This document shows, piece after piece, positions 50,214-59,803 of a stretch of 64,000 bases of DNA. Source of the stretch: an uncultured Thiothrix sp. Its GTDB lineage: Bacteria > Pseudomonadota > Gammaproteobacteria > Poriferisulfidales > GCA-002705445. The number at the start of each line of letters is the position of its first letter. Position 1 is the first letter of the stretch. Location of the stretch: the NCBI GenBank assembly GCA_902559815.1, contig CACEJE010000003.1, forward strand, positions 2,520 to 66,519. Direction: 5' to 3'. The position numbers and the translations under genes are program-made. The notes under the pieces are model-generated. The model saw nothing but the letters and a program-made list of their open reading frames with translations, made no database searches and was not told where the DNA came from.

Positions 50214-51258
50214 AGGATCTTTATCAAAAAAAGTACTATCTTGGCACAAATTAAACGGAAGACATAATTTACCTTGGCAAAAAAATATTAATCCATATAA
50301 AGTTTGGATTTCAGAAATAATGTTACAGCAAACACAAGTATCAACTGTTTTGCCATATTTCAAATTATTTATAAAAAAATACCCAAATATAAAATCTTTG
50401 GCAAATGCAAAACTTGAGGATATTTTAGAGTTGTGGACAGGCTTGGGATATTACAGGAGAGCAGAAAATATATACAAAACAGCTCAAATCTTAAAAGAAA
50501 ATTATCAATTTAAATTTCCAAAAAATTATGAAGATATTATTAATTTACCTGGTATTGGAAAATCAACTGCAGGTGCAATATTATCAATAGCATATAAAAA
50601 AAAATATCCAATTCTAGATGGTAACGTTAAAAGAGTAATAAAAAGATTGTTTGCCATACAAGGCAGCGCAAATAATGATTCAAATCTATGGACTTTATCA
50701 GAATCTATTTTACCAAATAAAAATAATGATATTTTTTCTCAGGCAATGATGGATGTTGGCTCTTTAGTATGCACAATTAATAATCCAACTTGTAGTATGT
50801 GTCCTTTAATAAAAGACTGTAAGTCTTATAAATTAAAATTAACAAAAATTATACCAGAAAAGAAAAAAAGTAATTTAATAAAAAAAAAGAAAATATATCT
50901 TTTATTAATACAAGATTATAAAAAAGATAATTTTATCTTGATGAAAAAAAACAATAAGGAAGGTTTGTGGGCAAATTTATGGAATTTGCCAAGTTTTTCT
51001 TTAAAAAAAGAATTAAATAATTTCGTTCTCAAGAATAAAATTAAAGGCAAAGTTAAAGTATTTAAAAACTTTAGCCATAATCTAACTCACTATAAACTTG
51101 ATATTTCGGTATTTCATATAAAATTATCAAATAAACTTATAATTAAAAATTATAACTGGAAAAACATTTATGATAAGATTGCAATATCAAAACCTATATT
51201 AATAACCTTTGAAAAACTTATAAAGGAGATAGAAAATGCGAATGGTAATGTGCGCTAA
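50191..51258 (+). CDS. mutY: A/G-specific adenine DNA glycosylase
   Basis: 'LPWQ', '[12 protein letters not shown]', HhH '[12 protein letters not shown]', and the 4Fe-4S cluster loop '[17 protein letters not shown]'. The GTG start overlaps the moaC end. Confidence 0.9.
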   Translation: MNGKEPNKGSLSKKVLSWHKLNGRHNLPWQKNINPYKVWISEIMLQQTQVSTVLPYFKLFIKKYPNIKSLANAKLEDILELWTGLGYYRRAENIYKTAQILKENYQFKFPKNYEDIINLPGIGKSTAGAILSIAYKKKYPILDGNVKRVIKRLFAIQGSANNDSNLWTLSESILPNKNNDIFSQAMMDVGSLVCTINNPTCSMCPLIKDCKSYKLKLTKIIPEKKKSNLIKKKKIYLLLIQDYKKDNFILMKKNNKEGLWANLWNLPSFSLKKELNNFVLKNKIKGKVKVFKNFSHNLTHYKLDISVFHIKLSNKLIIKNYNWKNIYDKIAISKPILITFEKLIKEIENANGNVR

Positions 51259-51499
51259 ATTAAAAAAGGAATTAGAAGGGCTTGATAGACCAACTTATCC
51301 TGGAGAACTTGGAAGTAAAATATTTGAAACAGTTTCAAAAGAAGCTTGGGCTTTGTGGCTAAAACATATGACTATGCTCATAAACGAATATAGGCTTACA
51401 CCAGTTGAACCAAAAGCTAGAAAATTTCTTGAGGAAGAGATGGATAAATTTTTCTTTGGTGAAGGGTCAGAACTCCCAAAAGATTTTAAACCTGAATAA
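51236..51499 (+). CDS. yggX: Fe(II)-trafficking / oxidative damage protection protein YggX
   Basis: '[31 protein letters not shown]' matches YggX. mutY-yggX adjacency as in E. coli. The exact Met is uncertain (51236, 51242 or 51248). Confidence 0.85.
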   Translation: MRMVMCAKLKKELEGLDRPTYPGELGSKIFETVSKEAWALWLKHMTMLINEYRLTPVEPKARKFLEEEMDKFFFGEGSELPKDFKPE

Positions 51500-52399
51500 C
51501 TAGACTACTTTTTTTAAGCTAATTAAATTAAAAATTATATGCGGTAATGTAAGACAGGCTAGAGCAATAAAAATGTATTTTACTACCAAAACTTCTAAGG
51601 ATTGATTATACAAGTTAGAAATCAGATAGATAGATAATAAAGAAAAAATAAAAGACGAAGCAACTATTAAAATTAAAAAACTTTTAATAGAAAAGTTTTT
51701 TGGCACATGATTCAAAACAAAAATTGATTCTAAAAAATGCCTTATAGAATGCAATAAACAAAAATAAAGTATAAATGATATTAATGGCGGTAATACAACA
51801 AAATTTAAAAAATATACACCGCTTTCAATTTTTGAAATTAAGTTTTGTTTCTTAAAAAATAAAAAATAAAATAACGAAAATAGTAAAAAATAAATTTTTT
51901 CATTATAACTAAAACTTATATGGTCAATATTTTTTTCAATTAGTATAGAAAAAAAATAACTTACTTCATTAAAATGAAAAATTATCGGAGCTGTGATAAT
52001 TATAGATCCATCTATCAAAATCTGAATATTTATAAAATTTTTATTATTTTTATAGTAATTGTAATCTTCATATCCAAAATGATATAGTGAAATTAATAAA
52101 AAAAATATTAATGATAAAAATGGAAAAAAATACCAAAAAGAACCATATGCAAGTATTATAAAAATATAGGAAAAAGAAAAATACATAATCCAATTTTTTT
52201 TTGTATTTTTAAAAATATTTTTACCTATAGAAAAATCGAAAAATCCATGTGGAATACCAATAAGAGAAACAAAAATTAATAATAGAAAAACTTGGGTTTG
52301 ATTATCATTTAATAAATATGAATTATAGTAAATAAAAATACTTAGAAAACTTAAAAGTATAAATATAACTGAATGGATAATTTTAAATTTATTTATCAT
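51500..52399 (-). CDS. blh: Beta-carotene 15,15'-dioxygenase (Brp/Blh family), retinal-forming
   Basis: Polytopic membrane protein with four conserved His contexts: 'GIPHGFFD', 'SLYHFGYED', 'LLHSIRHF' and 'LTLPHI'. It lies 2 nt downstream of crtY in the PR-linked operon. Confidence 0.8.
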   Translation of the reverse strand: MINKFKIIHSVIFILLSFLSIFIYYNSYLLNDNQTQVFLLLIFVSLIGIPHGFFDFSIGKNIFKNTKKNWIMYFSFSYIFIILAYGSFWYFFPFLSLIFFLLISLYHFGYEDYNYYKNNKNFINIQILIDGSIIITAPIIFHFNEVSYFFSILIEKNIDHISFSYNEKIYFLLFSLFYFLFFKKQNLISKIESGVYFLNFVVLPPLISFILYFCLLHSIRHFLESIFVLNHVPKNFSIKSFLILIVASSFIFSLLSIYLISNLYNQSLEVLVVKYIFIALACLTLPHIIFNLISLKKVV

Positions 52400-52401
52400 T
52401 T

Positions 52402-53511
52402 TTATTGAAGAAATTTTGTTTTTGGTAAATATATTATTATTTTGATAATATCTAGAATATTTGGTATATCTGATAAAAATTTAATTTGTGATTTGTGTGA
52501 TTTTTTATTAAATAATGAATATAGCGCATTTTTCATATACTCAGGATTATCCTCTATCAATCTTAAAAATATTTCGTCCATTTTTCTCAATACAAAGGAA
52601 TGAAAATATTTTTTTCCTTTATATTTTCCTTTATATATCTCATCAATAGATGAAAATATTTTGTCTGTCTGTTTTTGAATGTTTATAAATGTGTAGCCAG
52701 TGCTAGCACGTGTTGCACCTGAATATGATCCGATTTTAGTAATATAGCTATTACAGCTGCCTGAAATTAAAGTATCCATAGGTATTCGCCCTGCCTCTGT
52801 CTTTTCAATCTTAATGTTCGATAAATTATAATTTTCTTTAAGAAAATCTTTAATATATTTCTCGTCTAAATATTTTTTTTCTATTTCACTAGAAAAATAT
52901 GTGGATTCAAAAAGTGCATATTTACTTGAAAATGGCAAAACATACATAAAATGAAACTTATTTTTTGTATCCAAAAAATCCATAAAAATTGGTTTATTTT
53001 CATCAAATACATCTTCGTCTGAGCGAATATAAGCCCCAAAAAACTGCTGCCACATTTTAATATTTCTTTTTATTGGCCTACTATCAAAAACATGATTACA
53101 TTCATAATTATTATCTTTTGTATAAACTAAAACTTTGTTAGAGTGATATTTTAAATCAACTACTTCTGAGTTACATTGAATCTCTATATTATTGCAAGTC
53201 CTAATTTTTTCTAATATGAAATTAGTAAATTTATGTGAATCAATTGACTGATATTTATAATTTTCACAATCAATTTCTATATATTTATTATTTTTCTTTA
53301 CAATCATTTTATCCCATTTTTTTTCAGATAAATGACTAAAAGGATTTTTGTAGGTATCCCAAAAAGACCATAACTTATTTTTTTCAAGTAAATTTTTTTG
53401 TGACTCTAATATACATACTTTATATTCTTTTTTTATCATTCTATATGCTAAGCTTAAGCCAGCGCAACCAGAGCCTATAATTATAAAATCATATTTTTTT
53501 AAAATTGACAT
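52402..53511 (-). CDS. crtY: Lycopene beta-cyclase
   Basis: N-terminal dinucleotide fold 'DFIIIGSGCAGLSLA' and CrtY-like length. It sits between crtB and blh and overlaps crtB by 23 nt. Confidence 0.8.
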   Translation of the reverse strand: MSILKKYDFIIIGSGCAGLSLAYRMIKKEYKVCILESQKNLLEKNKLWSFWDTYKNPFSHLSEKKWDKMIVKKNNKYIEIDCENYKYQSIDSHKFTNFILEKIRTCNNIEIQCNSEVVDLKYHSNKVLVYTKDNNYECNHVFDSRPIKRNIKMWQQFFGAYIRSDEDVFDENKPIFMDFLDTKNKFHFMYVLPFSSKYALFESTYFSSEIEKKYLDEKYIKDFLKENYNLSNIKIEKTEAGRIPMDTLISGSCNSYITKIGSYSGATRASTGYTFINIQKQTDKIFSSIDEIYKGKYKGKKYFHSFVLRKMDEIFLRLIEDNPEYMKNALYSLFNKKSHKSQIKFLSDIPNILDIIKIIIYLPKTKFLQ

Positions 53512-54346
53512 CCGGTAACCCTTTTAAAAATTTATGTAAGTTAGAATTATGTTTTTTAGAATATGTGGGTAATATGAAAAAAATTATAAATTCAAATATA
53601 CAATTAATTAAGATTAACAACTTTTCAAAAACTGTTATATAAATATTTTCTTCTAAAAATTCTATATTCGTTTTTTTTATTTTTTTCCCAATTGATTGAT
53701 ACATTCTTAATGCAATTAATATTGATAACCTTGATCTAATCGGTATATATCTAAGGCCGTTTAAAGCGCTGTTATAATATATATCTGATTTTATTAATAA
53801 ATTGTGAATAACTTTTTTTAATTTTATTTTATCAGAATAATTTAGATTACAAACATCTTCGTCTAATATACCAGTATCTTTTGGCAAATAAATTCTTTGT
53901 TTCTTATAATCTTGAATAACATCTCTCGATATATTTGTAAGTTGCATAGCAATTCCTAGATCTATTGCATAATATTTTGCATCATTATTGTTGATATTAA
54001 GCGCTTTAGTCATCATAAGACCAACTACTCCTGCAACTTTATAACAATATCTAATAAGTTCTTCGGTATTTTTAAATCTTTGGAAATTCTTATCGGAATA
54101 TATTCCATCTATTAGTTGTTGAATTATTTCTTGGCTTACACCATATGATTGAATAATATCTTTAAGATCTTGCATCTTTTCTGATTCTGTTATTTCTTTA
54201 CCCTCATCAACTATATCATCGTGAAGGCGACAATAAGAATATATATTTATAACCTTCCCTAATACATCACGTGGTAAGAATCTGCTTGCCCAAAAGAAAG
54301 ATTTACTATGCTGAGAGATTATTTTTTTATTATTTATTATGTCCAT
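53489..54346 (-). CDS. crtB: Phytoene synthase
   Basis: 'HSKSFFWASRFLP', 'YSYCRLHDDIVD' and 'GIAMQLTNISRDVIQD', which are the squalene/phytoene synthase Asp-rich motifs. Confidence 0.9.
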   Translation of the reverse strand: MDIINNKKIISQHSKSFFWASRFLPRDVLGKVINIYSYCRLHDDIVDEGKEITESEKMQDLKDIIQSYGVSQEIIQQLIDGIYSDKNFQRFKNTEELIRYCYKVAGVVGLMMTKALNINNNDAKYYAIDLGIAMQLTNISRDVIQDYKKQRIYLPKDTGILDEDVCNLNYSDKIKLKKVIHNLLIKSDIYYNSALNGLRYIPIRSRLSILIALRMYQSIGKKIKKTNIEFLEENIYITVFEKLLILINCIFEFIIFFILPTYSKKHNSNLHKFLKGLPDVNFKKI

Positions 54347-55805
54347 AATCTTTTAAAATCAATTTTTCAGTTACTTTAGCTGTAGATAGCACTCCTGGTA
54401 CCCCTGCTCCAGGATGCGTACTTGCTCCAACAAAATATAATCCATCAGAAGAATGGCATTTATTTCCATACCGAAAATAAGCAGATTGTGTAAAAACTGG
54501 TTGAATACCAAAACCACTGCCAGCGTAAGTATTAAGATCATTTTCAAAATAATTTGGAGTAACAAAAAATTTATTTACAATATTACTAGACAATTCGGGC
54601 ATAATTTTTTCCTCTAATATACTTATAATTATTGAAGAAAATTCTTTTCCTCTATTTTCCCAATTAATATTACTTAAATTATTTGGAACTGGAGCTAACA
54701 CATAAAATGTATCGTTGTTATTTTGAATCATTGATTTATCTGTAGCACTTGGCCTATGCAAATAAAGGCTTGGGTCAGTTATAAAAACTTTTTTATTAAA
54801 TATGTCGTTCAAAAGCTCTTGATGTCTTTTACTAAATATAATTGTGTGGTGTTTTACAGAAGTGTATATTTTTTTTGTTGCAAAATATAGCACGAATAAA
54901 CTCATAGAATGTTTTAAGTTCAATCTATTTGTTATTTTTTTTGGTTTAATATTTAATAATTTTTGATATGTATATGTTGGATCAGAGTTACAAACTACTG
55001 CATCACAATTTATTATTCCTTCACTAGTTTCAACACCTACTACTTTTTTTCCTTTTAGAATTATCTTATGAGCTTCTGTGCTTTTTTTTATCTCGACATC
55101 CTTTTTATTTAGTAATTTTTCTAAAGCATCTACAATTTTACCAGTGCCTCCCTGAGCGTAATAAACACCCCATTTCCATTCTAGGTACTGTATTAAAAGG
55201 TATATTGATGTAGTGCTATATGGGTTTCCGCCGACAAGCAATGGATGCATACTTAATGCTTTATTTAAGTTTTTGTCTCCTAAATATTTATCAACAGTTT
55301 GGTATACAGATCTATCAAATCTAATATTTATGAGATCTGGCAAATGCTTTACCATGCTTAATATTGATTCAAATGGTTCTTCGGATAATTCTATGAATGC
55401 TTTGTTAAAAATTTTCTTCGAGTGTTTTAGTAATTTTAAATAACTTTTAGAATTTTGATATCCATATTTTGATTTAATTTCTCTAACTGTTGTACTTAGT
55501 TTGTCTCCATAATCCAAATATTCTCCATTTTCAAAGAGAAAACGATACCAAGGTTTTACTGGCAATAAATTCACATAATCTTGTAAATTTTCAGAATGCA
55601 GTGTAAACAATTCATTAATTAAATATGGTGCTGTTATAACAGTTGGGCCTGCATCATATTTATAACCATTGTTATAAAAAGTTCTTGCGCGCCCCCCCAA
55701 GTCAGATTGTTTTTCAATTAATGTAGTATTAAAGCCTTTGCTACTTAATCGAGATGCAATTGAAAGACCTCCAAATCCTGATCCAATAACAACAATTTTT
55801 TTCAT
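54330..55805 (-). CDS. crtI: Phytoene desaturase
   Basis: 'KIVVIGSGFGGLS', 'YDAGPTVIT', and the C-terminal 'VGASTHPGAGVPGV'. Confidence 0.92.
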   Translation of the reverse strand: MKKIVVIGSGFGGLSIASRLSSKGFNTTLIEKQSDLGGRARTFYNNGYKYDAGPTVITAPYLINELFTLHSENLQDYVNLLPVKPWYRFLFENGEYLDYGDKLSTTVREIKSKYGYQNSKSYLKLLKHSKKIFNKAFIELSEEPFESILSMVKHLPDLINIRFDRSVYQTVDKYLGDKNLNKALSMHPLLVGGNPYSTTSIYLLIQYLEWKWGVYYAQGGTGKIVDALEKLLNKKDVEIKKSTEAHKIILKGKKVVGVETSEGIINCDAVVCNSDPTYTYQKLLNIKPKKITNRLNLKHSMSLFVLYFATKKIYTSVKHHTIIFSKRHQELLNDIFNKKVFITDPSLYLHRPSATDKSMIQNNNDTFYVLAPVPNNLSNINWENRGKEFSSIIISILEEKIMPELSSNIVNKFFVTPNYFENDLNTYAGSGFGIQPVFTQSAYFRYGNKCHSSDGLYFVGASTHPGAGVPGVLSTAKVTEKLILKDYGHNK

Positions 55806-55814
55806 AATTTTGCC

Positions 55815-55848
55815 AAAATAAAAAAAGGCTCACTTTTTACAGCGAGCC
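55815..55848 (-). terminator. Rho-independent terminator between proteorhodopsin and crtI
   Basis: The minus-strand RNA reads GGCUCGC-UGUAAAAA-GUGAGCC (7 bp including one G-U pair), followed by UUUUUUUAUUUU. It begins 22 nt after the PR stop. Confidence 0.6.
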
Positions 55849-55869
55849 TTTTAAAAGTTTAAAATCTAC

Positions 55870-56646
55870 TTATGCAGATTCTTTAACAGCTGCTGCCCAA
55901 ATAATCACACCAAATGCGATTTTATTAATAAAGTCAGCTAAGTTATAAACTATGTTTACTGTTGCTGGATCTGTTCCACCTGCTAGATAACCTAAGAAGT
56001 ATCCTAGTGGGTAAATTGCCCAACCAACTGTAACAATTAAACGCATAGCACCGAAAGCTGTTTGACATGCCTCGCTACCACTAGCTGCGTTTGCTTTACT
56101 TGCTTCACCAGCAAAAATTTCATAAAGAATGTATAGCCAACCGATCATCCCTATAATGAAACCTGTCATTGCAGACATCATTCCTGCTTCTCCTGCAAAT
56201 CCACCAATAAGCATTACTAAAGTACCTATTAATAGTCTCCAGAATATACCAGCTGAAACAACTGATACAGCTGCTAGAATCAAGTAGAATTCAATCATTT
56301 GTAGAGGTACAGTTAATAACCAATCAATATATCTTAAAACTGTTGGTGAATCACCTGTAGACACCCAAACTTCTCTCATGTAGAAGTAGTGAACTGCAGC
56401 AATCAATGTAACTAAACCTACAACTGTTAATGATGTTTTCCATTTGGCACTCACTCTATCTCTTTCAATAAGAAAGAATACAGTAGATGCAACCATCGCA
56501 ATGGAAATTATCCAGAAAGTAACTCCAACCGTGTCATCAGGGCTTAAACCACTGCTGTGACCACCTGCTAAAGCAATTGTTGGTAAGGAGATTACTACTA
56601 GAAGAGTTGCAAAAAGTTTTTTGCTAAAATCTAATAATTTAATCAT
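55870..56646 (-). CDS. Proteorhodopsin (light-driven proton pump), blue-absorbing type (Gln at tuning position 105)
   Basis: Near-colinear with SAR86-type PR: 'VFFLIERDRVSAKWKTSLTV', 'GDSPTVLRYIDWLLTVPLQMIEFYLIL' (Asp97, Thr101, Gln105, Glu108) and 'YNLADFINKIAFG' (Schiff-base Lys). The ATG at 56646 (MIKLL, signal-like N-terminus) is preceded by GAGGA. Confidence 0.95.
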   Translation of the reverse strand: MIKLLDFSKKLFATLLVVISLPTIALAGGHSSGLSPDDTVGVTFWIISIAMVASTVFFLIERDRVSAKWKTSLTVVGLVTLIAAVHYFYMREVWVSTGDSPTVLRYIDWLLTVPLQMIEFYLILAAVSVVSAGIFWRLLIGTLVMLIGGFAGEAGMMSAMTGFIIGMIGWLYILYEIFAGEASKANAASGSEACQTAFGAMRLIVTVGWAIYPLGYFLGYLAGGTDPATVNIVYNLADFINKIAFGVIIWAAAVKESA

Positions 56647-56946
56647 ATCGTTATTCCTCGAGTTATTATAAATATGTTTAACCCTAAACATTCTAGACAA
56701 ATATTTTAAAAAATAAACCCTTAATTATTAGCAAAACCTATACATTTTTTAAAACATAAGTCATTGAAAATAAATATAATTTTTATTTAGTTAATAAGAA
56801 TTTTTATTGATTTAAATATTATAATACACTAATATTTTTAAAAATTTGGTCATTTTTATTTATGATTTCTTTTAAATTTTTCTCAGTTAAATTGAGCACA
56901 TTGGTGTATACTCACTTTTTTTCTTAGCAAATTATAAATAAAGTTT

Positions 56947-57022
56947 GGCTTGGTAGCTCAGTTGGTAGAGCAGTGGACTGAAAATCCTCGTGTCGGCAGT
57001 TCGATTCTGCCCCAAGCCACCA
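56947..57022 (+). tRNA. tRNA-Phe (GAA)
   Basis: Folded by hand. The acceptor stem GGCTTGG/CCAAGCC is perfect, the D stem is GCTC/GAGC, and the anticodon loop is CTGAAAA. The T arm is GGCAG-TTCGATT-CTGCC and the CCA is encoded. There is one U-U mismatch in the anticodon stem. Confidence 0.9.
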
Positions 57023-57041
57023 TTTATAAAAAAATTCTCTT

Positions 57042-57419
57042 TTAAGATAAATCTATTGCATACTTTTTCAACAAATTAATATCAATAACTTCTAAAGCTA
57101 GAATATTTGTGCTCTTCACTAATACAGGAGGAGCAACATCATCATTTACAGCTTCAAGCCATCTCATTGCGCAAACACACCACTTATCACCTTCCTTTAA
57201 ACCTGGAAATTCAAATTCCGGTCTTGGTGTGATCAAATCATTTCCTTTTCTTTTTGAATATTTCAAAAACTCATCTGTAACTATTGCACAAACAGTATGA
57301 CTACCTACATCATCATCTAATGTTTCACAAGACCCATTTCTTAAATAGCCTGTCATAGTCTCATTACTACAAGTTTCTATAGTTTCACCAAATACATTCT
57401 TATTAAATTTTTTATCCAT
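57042..57419 (-). CDS. DUF2237-family protein
   Basis: 'GSHTVCAIVTDEFL' and 'GDKWCVCAMRWLEA' are conserved Cys contexts typical of DUF2237. It overlaps the upstream MFS gene by 8 nt. Confidence 0.7.
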   Translation of the reverse strand: MDKKFNKNVFGETIETCSNETMTGYLRNGSCETLDDDVGSHTVCAIVTDEFLKYSKRKGNDLITPRPEFEFPGLKEGDKWCVCAMRWLEAVNDDVAPPVLVKSTNILALEVIDINLLKKYAIDLS

Positions 57420-58596
57420 ATTTACGAATTGTTAATATTAATATTAGCGTTGACAAGATCATGCAAAACGAAACAAAAATGAAACCAGTCTCAATGTTAA
57501 ATAAACTTGTAACAACACCTAATGTTATAGCACCTGTTGCATATCCTGTGTCTCTCCAGAATCTATATATACCAATTGCAGATGCTCTCCAACTATCATC
57601 ACAATTATCATTTACTGCTGAACTTATTGAGGGATATAATAATGCCATACCTAAACCCATAAAAAAACTACAAACGAGCCACCAACTTGTTTCTAAACTT
57701 AGCAGGCAAATTGGAAGAGTTATAGCACAAATTAACATCCCTAATACTATTAAAATATTTCTTCCAACAAAATCAGAATAAAGACCAGAAAAAATTTGTA
57801 GCACACCCCAGCTTACTGCATATGTTCCTACAATATAACTTATATCCATAAGAGTGATACCATTATTAAATAAATATATTGGAAAGAAAATCCATATACA
57901 GGTGTCTAAAAATTTTTCAATATGCCCTGCTTGTGAATATGCAAAGAGCTTTTTATTTTTCCAAGAAACATAAGAAAAAATATTTTCTGGATTTTCACTT
58001 TGATTTATATTTGCATATTTTTTTGTATCTTCAATTAAAAAAATACAATAAAAAATTGAAATTAAAATAAATACAGCGCTAAATGAGAATAGTGCAATTC
58101 TTATTGGTAGCAATGAAGTCATATAACTTACTAAAATTCCCCCAATAGCAACCCCAAAATAACCAGAAAACTCATTCAATCCTACAGCAAATCCTCTTTT
58201 ATCATTCTTTGTTATATCAACGCTAGAAATTTGAGTTACTGACCAAGTCAAACCTTGATTAATTCCTAATATAAATGTAGCAGCAATAATATAATACCAA
58301 TTTGCTGCAAAATAAATTATAAAAGGTACCGGTATGACAACTAGCCAACCTAATAAAAGCACACTTTTTCTACTATAAGTATCTGCAAAAATTCCTGCAT
58401 AATAATTTGAGATACCTTTAATTAATCCAAAAGCAACTATAAAAGTTGATAGAAAAATAAAAGAATCCTTAGGTACGTTAAAAATACTTTCTGAAAGTGC
58501 CGGAATAGCAGTTCTAAAGAGGCCAAGTAAAATACCAACGAACATAACCTGCAGTAACAAGTTTACTAATAATATATATTTTTTTTCTGATATCAT
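57412..58596 (-). CDS. MFS transporter
   Basis: About 12 predicted TM helices and an MFS loop motif, 'GIFADTYSRKS'. Confidence 0.85.
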   Translation of the reverse strand: MISEKKYILLVNLLLQVMFVGILLGLFRTAIPALSESIFNVPKDSFIFLSTFIVAFGLIKGISNYYAGIFADTYSRKSVLLLGWLVVIPVPFIIYFAANWYYIIAATFILGINQGLTWSVTQISSVDITKNDKRGFAVGLNEFSGYFGVAIGGILVSYMTSLLPIRIALFSFSAVFILISIFYCIFLIEDTKKYANINQSENPENIFSYVSWKNKKLFAYSQAGHIEKFLDTCIWIFFPIYLFNNGITLMDISYIVGTYAVSWGVLQIFSGLYSDFVGRNILIVLGMLICAITLPICLLSLETSWWLVCSFFMGLGMALLYPSISSAVNDNCDDSWRASAIGIYRFWRDTGYATGAITLGVVTSLFNIETGFIFVSFCMILSTLILILTIRKYG

Positions 58597-58633
58597 ATAT
58601 TTAAATTTTAACCATAATATTAATATAGATTAG

Positions 58634-59296
58634 ATGAAATGGAACTCAATAGAAACTTTTTTTTTAGACATGGATGGAACATTGCTTGATTTAGCTTACG
58701 ATAACTACTTTTGGCACGAACATGTTCCTCTTATTTTTTCAAAAAAGAATAATATTCCTTTCAATGAAGCAAAAATTTTATTAAAAAAAATGTATGCTGA
58801 AAACAAAAATTCATTAAATTGGTATTCATCTAATTATTGGAGTGAAAGAATAGAGATTAACTTATATTTAGAAATAAAAAGAACAAGAAATAAAATTAAA
58901 GTTTTTCCTGGTGTAAAAAGATTATTATCAAAGATAAAAGCCGAAGGAAGAGTTAAAATTATATTATTGACAAACTGTCCTAGAGAAATGCTTCACATTA
59001 AGTTAGATCAAACTAAATTATGGAGATATTTTGATAAGATAATATCTTCAGAGGATTATGGATATCCAAAAGAATCAAAAAAATTTTGGAAAATATTAGA
59101 AAATAAATTAAAGTATAATAAAAATAAAACAGCTTTTATAGACGATAATGTTGACGTGCTAAAGTATGCCGAATCAAGCGGCATAAAATATTTATTTTCA
59201 GTCAGTATACCTGATTCAAAGAAACAAAAAAAAATTATTAAAGATTATGAGTCCCTAGAAAATATCGGGTTTTTTGAAAATAAGTTTATTGATTAG
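58634..59296 (+). CDS. HAD-superfamily hydrolase (nucleotidase-like)
   Basis: HAD motif I 'FFLDMDGTLLDL', motif II 'LLTN', and motif IV 'FIDDN'. Confidence 0.8.
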   Translation: MKWNSIETFFLDMDGTLLDLAYDNYFWHEHVPLIFSKKNNIPFNEAKILLKKMYAENKNSLNWYSSNYWSERIEINLYLEIKRTRNKIKVFPGVKRLLSKIKAEGRVKIILLTNCPREMLHIKLDQTKLWRYFDKIISSEDYGYPKESKKFWKILENKLKYNKNKTAFIDDNVDVLKYAESSGIKYLFSVSIPDSKKQKKIIKDYESLENIGFFENKFID

Positions 59297-59798
59297 CTTT
59301 TGTACAATTATTTGCTAGTCTTAATAAATATGTTCGAAGTTTTTTCCAGTCATTTTCTGTAACTATAAAACCAACACATTTTTTTGAACCACACTTACAA
59401 ACATGGTCCCGAAAATCCTCATTATCAAAAGCGAAACCATAGTCGTAAGTTAACTCAGCTCCTTTTCTTATATCTTTGAAAGATCTAATCCAAATTTTAC
59501 CATCAATAATATCAGTGTCACAATTTGGATTACAAGAGTGATTCATTAACCTGGCTTTATTATATGATACATTCCCATTGATATCGTACTTGTCGTCAAG
59601 AGTGAATATATAAACTTGGCCTTCTTCTCTGTTTTTTTGAGCTTTTTTTAGCTGCACTTCAGCGATTTTATCTGACTGCGCTTTAGTAATTTTCTCTCCA
59701 ACATATTCAACAATATTTGTACCTGCTTTGATATAACAATTTGCAAATAAGCCCTTCCCATGTAACTTAGAATTTTTAATTGTGTAAAGTTTTTTCAT
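59286..59798 (-). CDS. SET-domain protein-lysine N-methyltransferase
   Basis: 'GKGLFA', 'ARLMNHSCNPNC', 'GAELTYDYGF', and the post-SET cysteines 'CKCGSKKC'. The ATG at 59798 is 5 nt after the upstream stop, and alternative Mets lie at 59822 and 59834. Confidence 0.8.
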   Translation of the reverse strand: MKKLYTIKNSKLHGKGLFANCYIKAGTNIVEYVGEKITKAQSDKIAEVQLKKAQKNREEGQVYIFTLDDKYDINGNVSYNKARLMNHSCNPNCDTDIIDGKIWIRSFKDIRKGAELTYDYGFAFDNEDFRDHVCKCGSKKCVGFIVTENDWKKLRTYLLRLANNCTKANQ

Positions 59799-59803
59799 AT
59801 TTT

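Noticed and set aside
56647-56700. An 18-residue N-terminal extension of proteorhodopsin (MSRMFRVKHIYNNSRNND...).
   Set aside because: Known PRs begin with a short signal-like 'MK(L)LL...' segment. The internal ATG at 56646 gives exactly that (MIKLLDF...) and has a GAGGA upstream, whereas the extension has neither homology nor an RBS.
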